A DNA stretch of 39,529 bases from Dimargaris cristalligena (Eukaryota), in NCBI GenBank assembly GCA_003614675.1, contig ML002351.1, forward strand, positions 1-39,529, written 5' to 3'. Positions within the stretch are counted from its first letter, which is position 1, and every line of letters starts with the position of its first letter. Under the pieces are notes generated by a model that was given only the letters and a program-made list of their open reading frames with translations, was not told where the DNA came from and did no database searches. Of this stretch, positions 1-12,760 are shown in pieces. Position numbers and translations under genes: made by a program.

Positions 1-334
1 CCGCCACCGAATTTAAAACTAGAGGGGAAGGAATAATCTAGATGCTGATAAATCAACTTTCGACTTGGGACCAGGGCGAGCAAGGGGTCTTCGACAGTGG
101 GGTTCGTTGGTTTAAATGTCCCTACTAACCACACTTTCCCTCGTTAATTAATTCCCCGACCTCCATTGGCCAGCCACCCACTGTTAACCAAAGTAGGCTA
201 AGCACAACCACTCATAGGCATATACATGCCATGCATACACGTGTAGAATTAAAAAAAGCGATTCAACTACAAAGCCCCTTTGGCCCAATCACCACTCTCT
301 ACCCATTCCTTAGCCTATTGCATTCAAAGTCACC

Positions 335-1963
335 ATGGATCCAACCTACTCCATTTATATTGGTCTCCACGAGCCCTACGTTCGCGACATCCTGGAAACC
401 CTCTGTCGGGCCCAGCCCGGGCGGTGGCAGGTGTCCGCCGTTTCCGAGGCCGAAGATGCCTCGGCCACCGTGAAGGAATTAGCCGACCAAGACCCCCGGC
501 CCCAACTCCATTGGCTCGAATACGAGGACCTAGACTGGGACCGGATATACCAGTCTACCTCCTCCTCCTCCCTGGTCTCCTCCACCACCCGAGGGGGGGA
601 ACCCACACAGACCTCTGCCGGCGCTGTGGTCGTCGCCAACGCCTATTGTATCCGCAAGGGACTGATCCGTAAAGCCCAAATGGCTTTCCAAATCCACAAA
701 TACGTAGCCAAGCACCCCCAGTCCATTTTGGTCTACGCGGTACCCCCCACCTTCATTTTCGAACTCGACCACTTGGACTATCTTGATGAGGCCTTGAACG
801 AAAATTACGAGATTGAACAGGCCCTGGAGCAGAACGAGGCCCTTCGGGAGAGGGCCGCTGAGTTGGAGCCCGAGTCCGAATCGGAGTCGGCGGTGGTGCT
901 ATCATCTACCGTGGCCAGTGACCCCGTCGGCATTCAACGTTTCATTATGAAACCGTCTCTGACCGCTCGAGGCGCCGGTATCCATATTTTTGATTCCCGT
1001 GAGGGGTTCGAACACATATTATCGCAGTACTACTCGGACGACGAGAGTGATGACGACAGTGACGATGACGAAGAGGAAGAAGAAGAAGCCGATGAACAAA
1101 TCGAAAGTAGCAGCGATGAGGACCACCAGGATGGCGACGCCACCGCTTCATCCCTGGGCCTGGGTCTGGGCTCGGCCATGGCCCAAGGTTCCCAAATTCG
1201 GGAATGGGTTATCCAATCTTACGTGGACCGCCCCCTGCTTCTCAACGGTGGTCGCAAATTCCACATCCGCGCCTACGTGGTGGCGGTGGGTGGTATCCGG
1301 GTGTACCTATGGGAGGACATGCTCAGTTTATTCGCCGGAACCCCCTACCACGCCGCGCCTTTGGATGATTCCGGCGCCCATTTGACCAACACTTGCCTGC
1401 AAATGGACCGACCGGACTTTGACGAGTCTAAAGTGGTCAAACGTTTTTGGGATCTGGCGAACTCCACTACTACTTCCACCACCGCCGCCGCCGCCGCTGG
1501 TGAAACGACTTTGGCGGAGGTCACCCAAGCCCTGGCCTCCACATCCTTAGCCACCGCCACACCTACCGTCGCTGGAGACGCTATCGTCACCCCCGCCCAA
1601 CTCACCAGCATTTTCGACCAAATCAAGGCCATTTTGGCCGATCTGTTCGACGCCGTCACATCTGAAACCACCACATTCCAGGCCCGAGCGAATTGTTTCG
1701 AGCTATTCGGGTTTGATTTCCTAGTCGACGCCGACTTCCGCACTTATTTATTGGAAGCCAACGCCTTCCCCGATTTTAAACAAACGGGTACATCGCTCAA
1801 ACCCGTGGTGGAGGGCTTGTTCAAGGCTACCTTGGCGTTAGTGGACCAGCAGTTGACGCAGTTGGCCCGGTCGGGGACTGATCAGCAGGATTTGAAGACC
1901 CCGCCCCGGATCCCCGCTAAAATGCACTGTGTTTACGACCGAACCCTGGCCCGACTGGACTAG
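335..1963 (+). CDS. Tubulin-tyrosine ligase family (TTL domain, ATP-grasp) protein, fungal Pby1-like; single exon, 542 aa
   Basis: TTL motifs in order: WLEYEDLDWD, NAYCIRKGLIRKAQM, FIMKPSLTARGAGIHIF, WVIQSYVDRPLLL..GRKFHIRAYV, AHLTNTCLQ, FELFGFDFLVD...YLLEANAFPDFKQTG (ATP-grasp E-x-N metal-binding motif). No SurE domain is visible. Confidence 0.9.
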   Translation: MDPTYSIYIGLHEPYVRDILETLCRAQPGRWQVSAVSEAEDASATVKELADQDPRPQLHWLEYEDLDWDRIYQSTSSSSLVSSTTRGGEPTQTSAGAVVVANAYCIRKGLIRKAQMAFQIHKYVAKHPQSILVYAVPPTFIFELDHLDYLDEALNENYEIEQALEQNEALRERAAELEPESESESAVVLSSTVASDPVGIQRFIMKPSLTARGAGIHIFDSREGFEHILSQYYSDDESDDDSDDDEEEEEEADEQIESSSDEDHQDGDATASSLGLGLGSAMAQGSQIREWVIQSYVDRPLLLNGGRKFHIRAYVVAVGGIRVYLWEDMLSLFAGTPYHAAPLDDSGAHLTNTCLQMDRPDFDESKVVKRFWDLANSTTTSTTAAAAAGETTLAEVTQALASTSLATATPTVAGDAIVTPAQLTSIFDQIKAILADLFDAVTSETTTFQARANCFELFGFDFLVDADFRTYLLEANAFPDFKQTGTSLKPVVEGLFKATLALVDQQLTQLARSGTDQQDLKTPPRIPAKMHCVYDRTLARLD

Positions 1964-2812
1964 CGGGGAGGTTGCTATATTTACCCTTACCCTGTTTTAC
2001 TGGTTAATGCCCGATAATTTTGTGTGGAAGGGCATGTCCCCTTTCTTCTAATGTGATGTGTATTAAAGCTGAGTGCGATAGAGCTGTTTCTTATTGTGGT
2101 TCAATCTCTGGGATATAGGGATGAGCTTGCCCTGAAATGCGAGAAGGGGAGCTCCAACTATCCCTGTCGCGGTAACTGTCCAGGTTTGTGGTACTCATTC
2201 TATTGTGGGCAAACGGCTAAGCAGAAGTTTGATGACGTGTGGAGCTGGGCAAAAGTACTCTATTACGATTAGAATCAAGCAATTTTCATAATTAGACCAG
2301 TCCACCAATGTAGTAGGCAAGGATGGTGCCTGGTATTGAATCACGTGATGTATAAGTCGTCTCTCCTTTTTATGGGCCCACTGCTCCGCTTTCCTTCACA
2401 CACTAAGGTTCTCGAGTCTTTATTTTTTTCTCTTCATTATTCACCTGCTACATTTTCAGGCAGCAAAGAAAGGAATTGATTACAGAGTGTATCTAATACC
2501 AGAATGAAAAATTACGGTTAACTGAAAGTGAGCCTTTTCCCGCATTGCTAATTCTATCTGCACAAGACTCCACCGCATTCCCCATAAGTTCCGCACCCTA
2601 GACCCTTCCACTAGTCTAGACTACTTGTTCGAACCCGCTGCTGTCTGGTCCGGTGATTTGATTTCGTACCGCATTTACCCCGTTTACTTACTGTTTCAGA
2701 GTGCTACCGACTAGCCAGTCCAGTCCAGTCCAGCCCAAACTATAGTGGCCGTCGAATCACCCCCCCTCCTCTCTTTTTAACCCTCCCCCTCAACCGTTGT
2801 TACCCACCGACC

Positions 2813-4530
2813 ATGCCGCTCAACACCACCACCGCATCCTCAGAGTCCCTCCCCCATGTGTCGACCCAAACCTCGCGCAAGGGCAAAAAGAGCTGGCGTA
2901 AAAATATCGACCTGGTCGATGTGGACAGTAAGCTCGAGGAGAAGCGGTCGGACGAGCGCGTGGGAGCGGCCGACGTCGCTGTCCGTTCCAACGACTCGCT
3001 CTTCGCCATCGATACCGCCGGTAACGACCAGGCGGGCCAGTACTTCAAGACCCGGAAAACCCTGACCATTGACCGGATTCTGAATGAGCGGTCCCATATC
3101 CGCGCCGTGAGTAACCGGATCGTGGCCCCCGAAGCCGATTTGATCTCCAATCTCCTGGCCAAGACGCAGGGAAAATCCTCCAAGTATACGAATCAATTGG
3201 TGGCCCGTCGCACCCGGGGTCTGGCCCTGGCGAAACAAAACGGCCCTGCCGCCACTGCCACTGCACCGAAAGGTAGATCCCGCCGCCTCCGCTCGGGTCT
3301 ACGTAAAACCGCCCCGGGCCAGTATGATATCTGGGGATCCGAATCGACCTCTATCACTACCGCCACCAGCAGCACCAAAAAGCCCGTGGTTATCGACTTT
3401 ATTGAAGAAGCCGTGGTGGCCAAGGCCCCTAAAGCCCCCTTCAGTATCGGTCAGCGTTCTTCCGCCGCCGATGCGATTATACCCGCCCACCCCGGTGCGT
3501 CGTACCGCCCGACCCTTGCTGACCGCGAGGCCCTGTTGGTCGAAGCCGCCGAGCGTGAGAAACGTCGCGTGGCCAATGCCGACAGCATCGCCGACTTGGA
3601 AGCCAAAATGACCGCCGTGAAGCAGGCGCGCAAGGGTAGTGCGGCCATGACCATGGAGGAGGATTTGGACTGCATGGTGCAAAACCGCGGAACCCAGGGA
3701 GGGGAGTGGAGCACCACCGGAGAGGCCGACGAAGAGGACGGTAATAACGATAACGTTAATGATGATGCTAACGATGATGATGAGGAGGAGGACGATGAGG
3801 ACGACGAAGAAGATCGCCCGTTAACCGCAATGCAACTGTATAAGCAGAAAATGCTCCGGATTAACTGTAAGAAATCCGATGCGTTCCGGCGGCGTTTGAA
3901 GGCCCGTCGGGCGGACCGGATTAAGGATGCCCAGGCCCGATTCCGCAAGGAAGTGACTCGATCGGTAACACGGTAAGTTGGGATCAAAGTTGGCCATTTT
4001 CACTTCTGATATTTTCATGGGATTATATTTCATGCTCCCTCCCCAGGTGTATACAATCTCGAATCACCACCATTGACCTTTTCTAGTCAAGTAATCGCCT
4101 TGGCCTTTATTCTAACCGTATATATCCAATACCAATATTCCTCTTGATGTGTCTATTTCGATACCCCAGTGCCCCTAAATATGTCAAGCAGGTCGAAGCC
4201 CGTCTCGAAGCCCAGGCCATCAAAACCCTTCAGATGCGCCATCTCGCGATGAAGAAGCGGAACCAGCCCCTTCGCCGGATCGGTAGTCGTCGGGTGGTGG
4301 ACATGCCGCTAGTTGCTGGTGATGCGGCCCCTGAGACTGAATCCACGGTGAAGCAGCAGAAGCCGGCGGCGGCTATGCGTTCGTTCAAACCCAAAGTGAA
4401 TTTGTTAGCCGATACGTACTTGAACATGCAGCGTTTGAACACGGTGATGCCCCGGTTGCCGACCAAGGCCAAGACCACCCCACCCATTTGGATCGCGTAC
4501 GAAAGATACTCGTACAAAAATTTCAAATAG
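2813..4530 (+). CDS. NOP53: Ribosome biogenesis protein Nop53/GLTSCR2; join(2813..3972,4170..4530), about 506 aa
   Basis: N-terminal SRKGKKSWRKNID motif, LFAIDTAG (LFx-phi-D Mtr4 arch-interacting motif), PAHPGASYRP, and C-terminal FKPKVNLLADTYLNMQR...YERYSYKNFK. Intron GTAAGT(3973)...CTAAC...CCCCAG(4169) joins the two ORFs in frame (phase 2). Confidence 0.92.
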
Positions 4531-7342
4531 AGAACCCCCCCCCCCTCATTGAAAGAAGAACAACAGCGATACGAATAATATATATATATACTTGACCAAC
4601 CTTGTTTTTTGTTTCTTTTTCAAAAATATTATTATTATTATTACTATTATAACTTTGATCACACCACTCATATGATCTCCTAGTAAAAGCCGATTTTATG
4701 ACTACTCCTAACCCTTCTCCTTACACCAGTATATTTGCAACAGTCTGTAGAGCCTCGTATATAAAAAGGACAATAAACTTTGGACCTCCGGAACACAGTG
4801 AATATCTGCCACTGGTGGATTATTTTCGGACCAAACTCTATTTTAAAATATTAGTATAACTTGGTATTCCAAATGTGTTCTTGTTACCATTAAACCACCA
4901 CTGGTATTATCTCAATGTGGCCCAGTTCTCGCATCGAATAACATATTAGTATTATTTAATTTATACAATTTGGGACTCTTGGTATGGGTCTCCCGGTATA
5001 TTCTTGCGACTTGGGAATAATGCATATTGCTGGCAAAACCAACCTAATGGGTTTCCCACCAAGCATGGGCGAATTGGGATAAATAAGGATGGTAGGCATG
5101 CGCTGTTTATACACACGAACTGCCTCGCATCGGTTGGTATTGGGGTAGATGTAAAGAACGGAGGGCTTGCTGAATTAAAAAGTATAACGAGGGGGGGGGG
5201 ATTCTAATATACGTAGTGTAAATAATCGACTGGGTGACGCACCCTTTAGCCACCCAGGCGAAGCGGTACGAGGGAAAAATGACTACACAGTACCCCCCCT
5301 CCCGCAGCTCGATTAAGTCTCATTGCACGAACACATGCTGCTCCATTCACGGATAGATAGCCAAGGAGTAGCCGTGTACTTTAATTATTCATACGGCCCG
5401 GGCCTATTGCATCGGTGTGTAGATTCGCACCACCATCATGTCAAAAGCCATAATAGCCGGTTCAGGAATCTAGAAGGGATAATCGTCAGCCCCATTCGTG
5501 TAGGTACCCCCGTCTTATACTATAATACGCCGGTTGAATAGGTTTAATGGTGATCTTTTATCTAGGGTGGTGTGTAACCCACCCACTCGGTCGGTCGGGG
5601 GCATCTGGAATAACCTGTCGCCGTTTCAAGTCATTCATCCCAGTCACTTGGGTCATGCGTCAAGAACATCGTGGGAGGCAGAGGATAGCCAGGGAGATGG
5701 AAGGGGGGTGGGCGCGGTTAGCCAGCATCAGAAAAAAGACGGTCGGGGATTGGGCCTTTCATTAAAATGAAGATCGCGTCTTACTTACACAAACCCGGTC
5801 GGCTGACCGTGTCCCACCGCACTTTGGTAATGCTTAATCCTTTAGTATTTCACCTATACACGGGCCAGGTAATTAAGGTGGGTGAATAGAAGGGGAAGGA
5901 CCGCCTCAACAGTGCCCAGTAACGCCGGGGGACCCCACAAGTAATGGCTTATTACTTATGGGTACCGGCTTTCATTACCAGCGGTTATAATCTCCTCCTT
6001 CTGTTCAGCAGACTGAATTGTGATTATTTAATAACCCCGTATTAGCTGCACACAGGCCCCGACCTATTGTTCCCACCGCCAACCTGTGATGTTATTATAA
6101 ATACTTGACCTACTAAGTCATTAATGAAATTATTCTCTTGGGTTTATTTGTTAGTGGGGTATGGATTGACCTGTTGATAAAGCACACCTTCCAAAACCCT
6201 CCTTGTCCCGTGCCATTAAGTAACTTACCCGCCTACCTTATCTTGCTGGACCACCTCGTTCCATTCATTCCCACCCGCTGGTCAATCGAATCTGGTTGCT
6301 GGTCATAATATAGATGAATACATTGGTCCTGTCTTCCCAATGTATTCATAGCAATGCCTTATCCTGGATTATTAATTTAAAAATAGGCCTCCTGAATTAA
6401 TTAGTAGAATGGTTTAAGGATCCCCGTCCGGGGTTTGCGCAGCTGTTTCACCATTGCTACTCCCGCCGGAATGGAATAACCGATAGACCTTAGGGGTGAC
6501 TAGACTGTTCGGATGTAACCCTTCTATCTAAGGTTTCCCCCAACCGCGCACCCTCCCCACTTCCACGGATGGTGGCGGTCTAGAAGGACCATGCTCCCTG
6601 CTACCCGGGTGGAGCCGTCTATAAAAGCCAACCCTGACGACGACGACGACGACGGTACCCCTCCCCAGCATTGTGTAACATAGTACATCCGGTATTCCCT
6701 ATTGCTGACCCGACTAGCCCTTTCATGGTGTTTCAGCATTATTACGCGCTCACCCCCCCCCCCGTGTTTATATACTCCTGCTGCTGTGTTAGGCCTCTTC
6801 CCCTGCGTCTGTTTCAGCTGGTTTGTGAGTAATTAGCCTACATTAACCCAATCTCGACACCTGTTCCCTAATCCCAAGCCCGTGTACCTTCGACGGTGGC
6901 CCGACTAGCCTGGAGCCCCCCAACGCCAACTCCCAGCCCGTACGTACTCCAGTCCGCGAATCCTTAAACCAATCGACCGGTGCACCACAGCGTGGGGTTG
7001 CTCAGTACTGTGGATGTTCCAACCCCTCCCAAACTCACCACCTTTGGTAGTTTCCTGGGCGGTTGATCTTTTATATCCTATTTACCCGCCCAGCCCAAGC
7101 CACTTATTATTGTAGAATTTAAACGCCTAGCCTAAACCACCTCTGCTCACACTCCCGACGCCGTCTCCGCCTGTGGGTTTCTTTCTGACAGCATCTCTCT
7201 CTCGCTCTCATACAAACGATTATTAAGGCTGCACCCCCAGAAGAGTATTTGGCCAATTTCCTCCTCCTTCTAATTTTTTTTCCAACCCCGAAAATCCAGC
7301 TGAGAGTCCTATGACCTAGTGTTAACCTCCCAAAACCATCCA

Positions 7343-9327
7343 ATGTCGGGCTGGAACTTTAATAATCACCCCTTTATTTTCCCCACCCGCTCCCCTTCCC
7401 CTGTTTCTTCTCCTCCTCCTTCTTCTTCGTCTTCTACTTCGTCACCGTCTCCCCCCGCGTCCTCCCCCGATACTTCTCCCCCTTCCTCGCCGGCTCCGTT
7501 CGAGTCGCTTTCTATTAACCCATACTCCACCTCCCACTTCGGCATCGAAACTACTACCACCAACACCACTCCCTCCTCCTCTCCCGAATTCACCTCCTCC
7601 ACTTTGCCTATAGTCGTCACTATGGCCGGCCAAAGTCACCTCAGGAATGCCCGGGTCCGTCGGTCAGGTGACCACTTGCCGACCCCGGGTGACGACGGGT
7701 ATTACCAACACCACCACCACCACCACCCACCTGGCTCCAGTGGCTACGACACCACCACCGAGAGTGGCGCACCCCCGTCGGAATTCCCCTCCCAGTTCAT
7801 GGCCGAACGGAATCGGCCCTTCCACCTCAGTATGGGCTGGGGGGACCCCGCCTCCACGCGGGCCTCTTCCCTCACCCCCACCGGGGGTGGCCCCGAACCC
7901 GCCAACAGTAGTAGTAACAGTCACCGGGGCGTGTGGAGTCACAGCAGCGGGGACGACGATAGCGGCCACAGTAAGGACCGCCCCGGTTATTCTAATGATC
8001 GGAATGCCCGTAGTAAACCCCTGTCCACCGCCACTTCCTCCTCCGCGGAGGACGATCCGACCAAGTACCCCCCCTCCGAACGCACCAGCAGCGGCCGACG
8101 GGGCTTTTTCGACGATACCATGACCGGTCCTAGCTCCAGTCGCAGTGGTAATGGTAATGGTAGCGGAGTTAGTGGGGCCGTGGGCCAATCCACCCCTGAT
8201 TCCGAACAGGATACCTCCCATTACTTCAACGCCGCGATATTCTCGGGACCCCCCGAAGAACGGCGCACGTCCGAGGAATGGGAACCCGACGAAGGGGTCT
8301 ATACCGCCGATCGGCCGGCCCGACGACCCATGCGCAGACATCCCAACTACCGCCCGCTGGCCGAGCGGGACCCATCCACGTACGGGACTATCAAGGGAAT
8401 GGACCAAATACTCACAATTATCCCCTGGACCGATATTGATATTGGAGGTAGGTGGTTTTTCAGCTATATATATATATAAATTTGTATTTGTATTTGTATA
8501 TACATTGGAAGGTGGTGCTTTATCAGGGATGCCATCGCCCATACCGATTGGATATCCGAGGAAGGGATCCGATCTTGGGAGTGGTTTATCTTTCCGGCTC
8601 TATCTTGTTTCATGATCAAAAGGTCATTGAGCAGCACGGGGAGGCCGGTAAAGAGTTAGAAGGACGAGCTGGTACATTTCACCCTTGCCTTTTGTATTCC
8701 TGGACCACTATAGCCAAGTTCGATTCCCTCTTTTATCTCTCTCTTTCTCTCTTGTCTTGTGTTCCCCCCGTTCCACTGGCCCTTCCTTCATACATGGCAT
8801 GCCGGCGCTAAATACTGACCTGATGATTGAAGTGGATATGGAAGGAAGGGCGGTTAATCGGAACGGCTTAGTGATCGATTGGGTCATTGGCAGATGATAT
8901 CAGTCCTTAAATGTAGAATACAGAAGGCGACGAAGCGCAAGGGGAACTGACTGTCGTGGACCTATCTAACCCTTTCCCATCTTCCAACACAAAAAACCAG
9001 CTACTTTGGCTATAGGTGCAAACCTCAATGCTCTTAATTGGGGTTTGACTATAACTCACCACGCATGGATATTCCCAATTACATTCTATACCCCCTCCCT
9101 CTTCTTTTCCCCCCGCATCTCTCTCCCTGATTACAGACGGCGTTTTTATTTACGTCCCTTCCATCGAGGCCCTTATCGCGGGCGAAGTCATTGACATCGA
9201 CGTCGAAGCCAATATGCTCACCCTATTCGCCAGCATGGCTTTGGACTACCATACCTTCCCACTTCACGATGCCCTGGCAGTCGAACGAATTCAGCTGTCA
9301 ACCACTTGGGTCAAACCCGACTACTAA
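7343..9327 (+). CDS. Hypothetical protein: long Ser/Pro/Gly/His-rich disordered region plus small C-terminal beta-rich domain; join(7343..8447,9137..9327); alternative start ATG at 7622
   Basis: Long GC-rich ORF ending at donor GTAGGT (8448). Pyrimidine tract plus CCTGATTACAG acceptor (9136) gives an in-frame phase-1 junction reading IIPWTDIDIG/DGVFIYVPSIEALIAGEVIDIDVEANMLTLFASMALDYHTFPLHDALAVERIQLSTTWVKPDY*. Confidence 0.7.
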
Positions 9328-12300
9328 GTCGCTAACCCTTCCTCCTACTTGCCTACCCACCCAATCACGAACTGAAGGTGCGTGCGGAGGGAGGGGGGCA
9401 ACATCTCTGTATATGTACAATTTTCCTAACCTAACCTAACCTTAACTTAACTTACCCAACAATACTTATATTTAGTTATTATCCGGCCGTCTATATGATT
9501 AGGGTGTGGTGCCCTTTCATCTAGACAATGTATTCCTTATCCCACTAGCGTTCTTTACTATCTGACCAATCCTACTCTCAAAATACAGCCATTTTCTTAA
9601 TCTGCTGACATTGCACCTATGTTTGTATACTTGCTCCTTAATAAAATAAAACAATTCACTAATAATTTTACTGTTGCTGTGGCCCAGGAATTTGGAGTCA
9701 GCTACAGTAATCTTGCCGACAATGTTGTTTTGCTATTGTCCCTACATTGACTACGCCGTTTAGAGGTCGAATATGACCAACGCCCGTTTTTAGTGGCTGA
9801 CTCCAATGGCAGAAACAAGGCACCTTATTGTGAATAAGTGGTTTGATAATAATGATGGCAAAGGTCCCAATAAGTGAACGATTCCCTTTGCGGTGGCTCT
9901 ATTTTTCCTTTTATGGTCTGTATCAGGTTGGTCCGGAACTGTACACTCAGCACTGAATACACCCATTGGCACCATTAGACGTCCACTACATTCTGCCTCA
10001 CACCCATTAAGGCGAGGCTATTGGACACCCCTAATGCACCAAAAAACCTGACTATAGCAGTTGGTGATTAAGTAGTCCTCCGGATGTTCAATGATTACCC
10101 CTGGAGCATCCCTACTTATAATACCAGTAAGCGAGTATATATATGGAAGGCAATCAGCCTTTAGCATCTGCACTCTACCTCGAGCATACTACCGCCTAGA
10201 GAGGGATTTCCGCCGTTCGTTCGACAAGTATAAACCCCTGTAAAGTATACTCTAGTAAGGAGATGGTATAGCAGGCTGCCAGTGCTCTAGTACCTTATTG
10301 GGGCTAATTGGAAGACCAGAGTGTGCGCGAATTAAAGGAGCAACCCCCCTTCCTACTCCCCTCCTTCTCTTACACTAGACCTAACTGGCGTTGGATTGCT
10401 CCCGTCTTAGATTAAAAAACGGTTGGCTGGGGCTGTAAATATTAATAGCAAGATTGCTTGGCCATTTCTGATGGATTTCATAATTCCGCAGCCGAAAGGG
10501 TTCAGTGTCCCTAGTGCAGATGGTTTGGGCTGAAAATGCACTTTTAATCCCCTAGTTGAGTGGTCAGGTTGATGCTAACCCTCAAGGAACGGAACGGCCA
10601 ATCTTCCTGGCGTATGGGTTCTTTGCGCGCGCTTAAATATAAATAATGTAATGCCGATTTACATTATAGTTCGTGTACTCGCTAGTTTCTCATAACCAGA
10701 CGGATTTATGAATATATCGGGAGTGTCCGTGTGGACTAGCATCACACCCTGTTTTTCAAGAAGAGATAAGCAGCCGAATATCACAATACGGCCATTTCTT
10801 GGGCCAGTGTGTGTGTGTGTGTCTTCTACCTTGACTACCCAAGCTGGACCCCCGTATGCGCTTGGCAAATTGCGAAGAGATCATTGGTCGCATACTGTCG
10901 TATCTTATGTTTTTGATTAGCTGGTATATGGAGACCGGCGTAAAATATTTGAGGGGGAATGGTCGAGGAATTAGAGCGACATAGGGACTATCCCATACAA
11001 CCATCGGAGGGTCGAATCATTTTGATGTTGATTATATTTTTTTTGATTGACTAGGCCGTCTTTCATATTTAAGATCACTTCCGGTGCTAATGCCGACCCA
11101 TGGCTTACCGTTTAGCCGTGTACGAAGAAAATGACAGACCCCCAGGGTTCCAATCAGCGAAGCCGTTCCCGAAAAATTGTAGTTGATGGGGGGATCTTAA
11201 CGACAGAAGAGAGTGCCCTAGATCTTGGAGACACACTATAAAGAGACGCCGTATCCATATCCAATGCTTGTGGCGTTGCATTCAGCAAAGTACGCTAGCG
11301 TAGAAATGGCCAGGCCGAGACCAAAATAGATCGGGGATTGAAGTGGGAGGTGGCCTCTACCCAAAATTGATTTCACCAACCTTAAATTGGCCTTGCCTCA
11401 TTCAGGTCGAGGTTGTACACACCTAGTATCAGGGCTTAGCCAATATTCCCACCCACCCTCCCACACTGAGGGGACTCAAAAATGGGTTTCATTAACCTAT
11501 TTTTGCTGAGAAGGGGCCCTTTATTCATCCACACACTGATATCTGAGTGCTTAATTTCTCAGACATTCTGGATTTCCCGCGTTCCGCTCCTTTACTGGGA
11601 CGGCAGGTCAATCGCTAAACCACTCTTTAAAAATAAACCGACTCGTTTCATCTTATAAAACTAAGTTTGGAAGAGTCGGGTCACAAGAACATGGGTGTTC
11701 AGTATATATTTTTTTGACAACCCTCCCCCCCCCGAACTATTCAAATAGCGCTTGCCCTCGCCCCACATCCTCCTCCCCTTTGGCATTCTTATCATCCTCT
11801 TCTCTATCTGGCCGCGCCGATCCCTAACGTCCAACCAGTCACCTTCCATACTCTCCAGACCCTCTAAATAATACTAGTTGCGTCAGGTGTTACCGACTCT
11901 TCTTCCTTGCTGATCGGGGTTGACCTTTGACGTGCTTCACTCACACTGTTATATTTTTACTGGGCAGGTTGCACTACCATATACGGATACATCGGCGGGT
12001 AGATGATTTGGGGGAGGGTTGAAGCACAGCTCAAGGCGGACCCCATCCAATCGTTCGTCACGCTAGATAACCAATTTATCACCTTGCCTTGGTTCGCCGG
12101 GTCTCTCTAATTGTCGCCATTAGGATGCCATTTTCACCGCGGGAGATCTGGAGGGGGACATTCTGAACATCCAATTATATTCAACCGGCCCTGGTGTATT
12201 GGTGGAATAAAACGAGACGATGTGGGAGAGGATGGTGGCTCTCTAGTGGCCCTCTCCCATCTTTCAACTTCGCCCCTTTCTTCGTCATACGATAGGCTAA

Positions 12301-12670
12301 ACCGGTGGCCACATCGGAGTAAACAGCCCTAGTGAGTAGGCGATCTTTAGTTTTTCTGCCTATGGACCAGTTGGTTGGTCAAGATAAAAATACCCTTTGG
12401 GATGCAGTGACACCCCCACCCCGTTTGTATGACTGGTCATCAAGCTGGTGTCTGGGAATTTTGAAGCTGCTGTCCATCTACTTCAGCACATGGTCGATGG
12501 TGAAAAGGATCCGCTCGGATACCCAATGGGCCAGTCGACGCCCATGGCGGCCATTATGGGCGACGAGTAGAAGAAAAAGTAGATAAATACAGAGATAGGG
12601 TGGGTTATTGCAGGGTTCAGACAATAGGTAATAGTATAGAAGGCCCGGTGGGAGTTTGGTGCAGGGGGGA

Positions 12671-12760
12671 GCGGTAAAACGGAGAAGCAGAGGAGGGGGG
12701 GCGGTAAAACGGAGAAGCAGAGGAGGGGGGGCGGTAAAACGGAGAAGCAGACGAGGGGAG
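12671..12760. repeat. 30-bp tandem repeat, 3 copies (GCGGTAAAACGGAGAAGCAGAGGAGGGGGG)
   Basis: Directly visible: two identical copies, and a third that diverges in its last 10 nt. Confidence 0.95.

Noticed and set aside
2627..2646. GTTCGAACCCGCTGCTGTC resembling a tRNA T-arm/B-box
   Set aside because: No pairing T-stem, acceptor stem, D-arm or anticodon arm upstream.
7664..8542. 292-aa antisense ORF, and similar antisense or alternative-frame ORFs over TTL, NOP53 and both RGS genes
   Set aside because: Shadow ORFs of GC-rich coding sequence with no recognisable motifs.
8512..8897. Extra exons inside the long intron of the 7343 gene
   Set aside because: From the strong GTAGGT donor the phase leads to an early stop or is incompatible, while direct splicing to 9137 gives a clean in-frame domain.
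9425..9452. (CCTAA)n telomere-like repeat
   Set aside because: Only about three exact copies that then decay, in a 3'-UTR-like region. This is simple low-complexity sequence.
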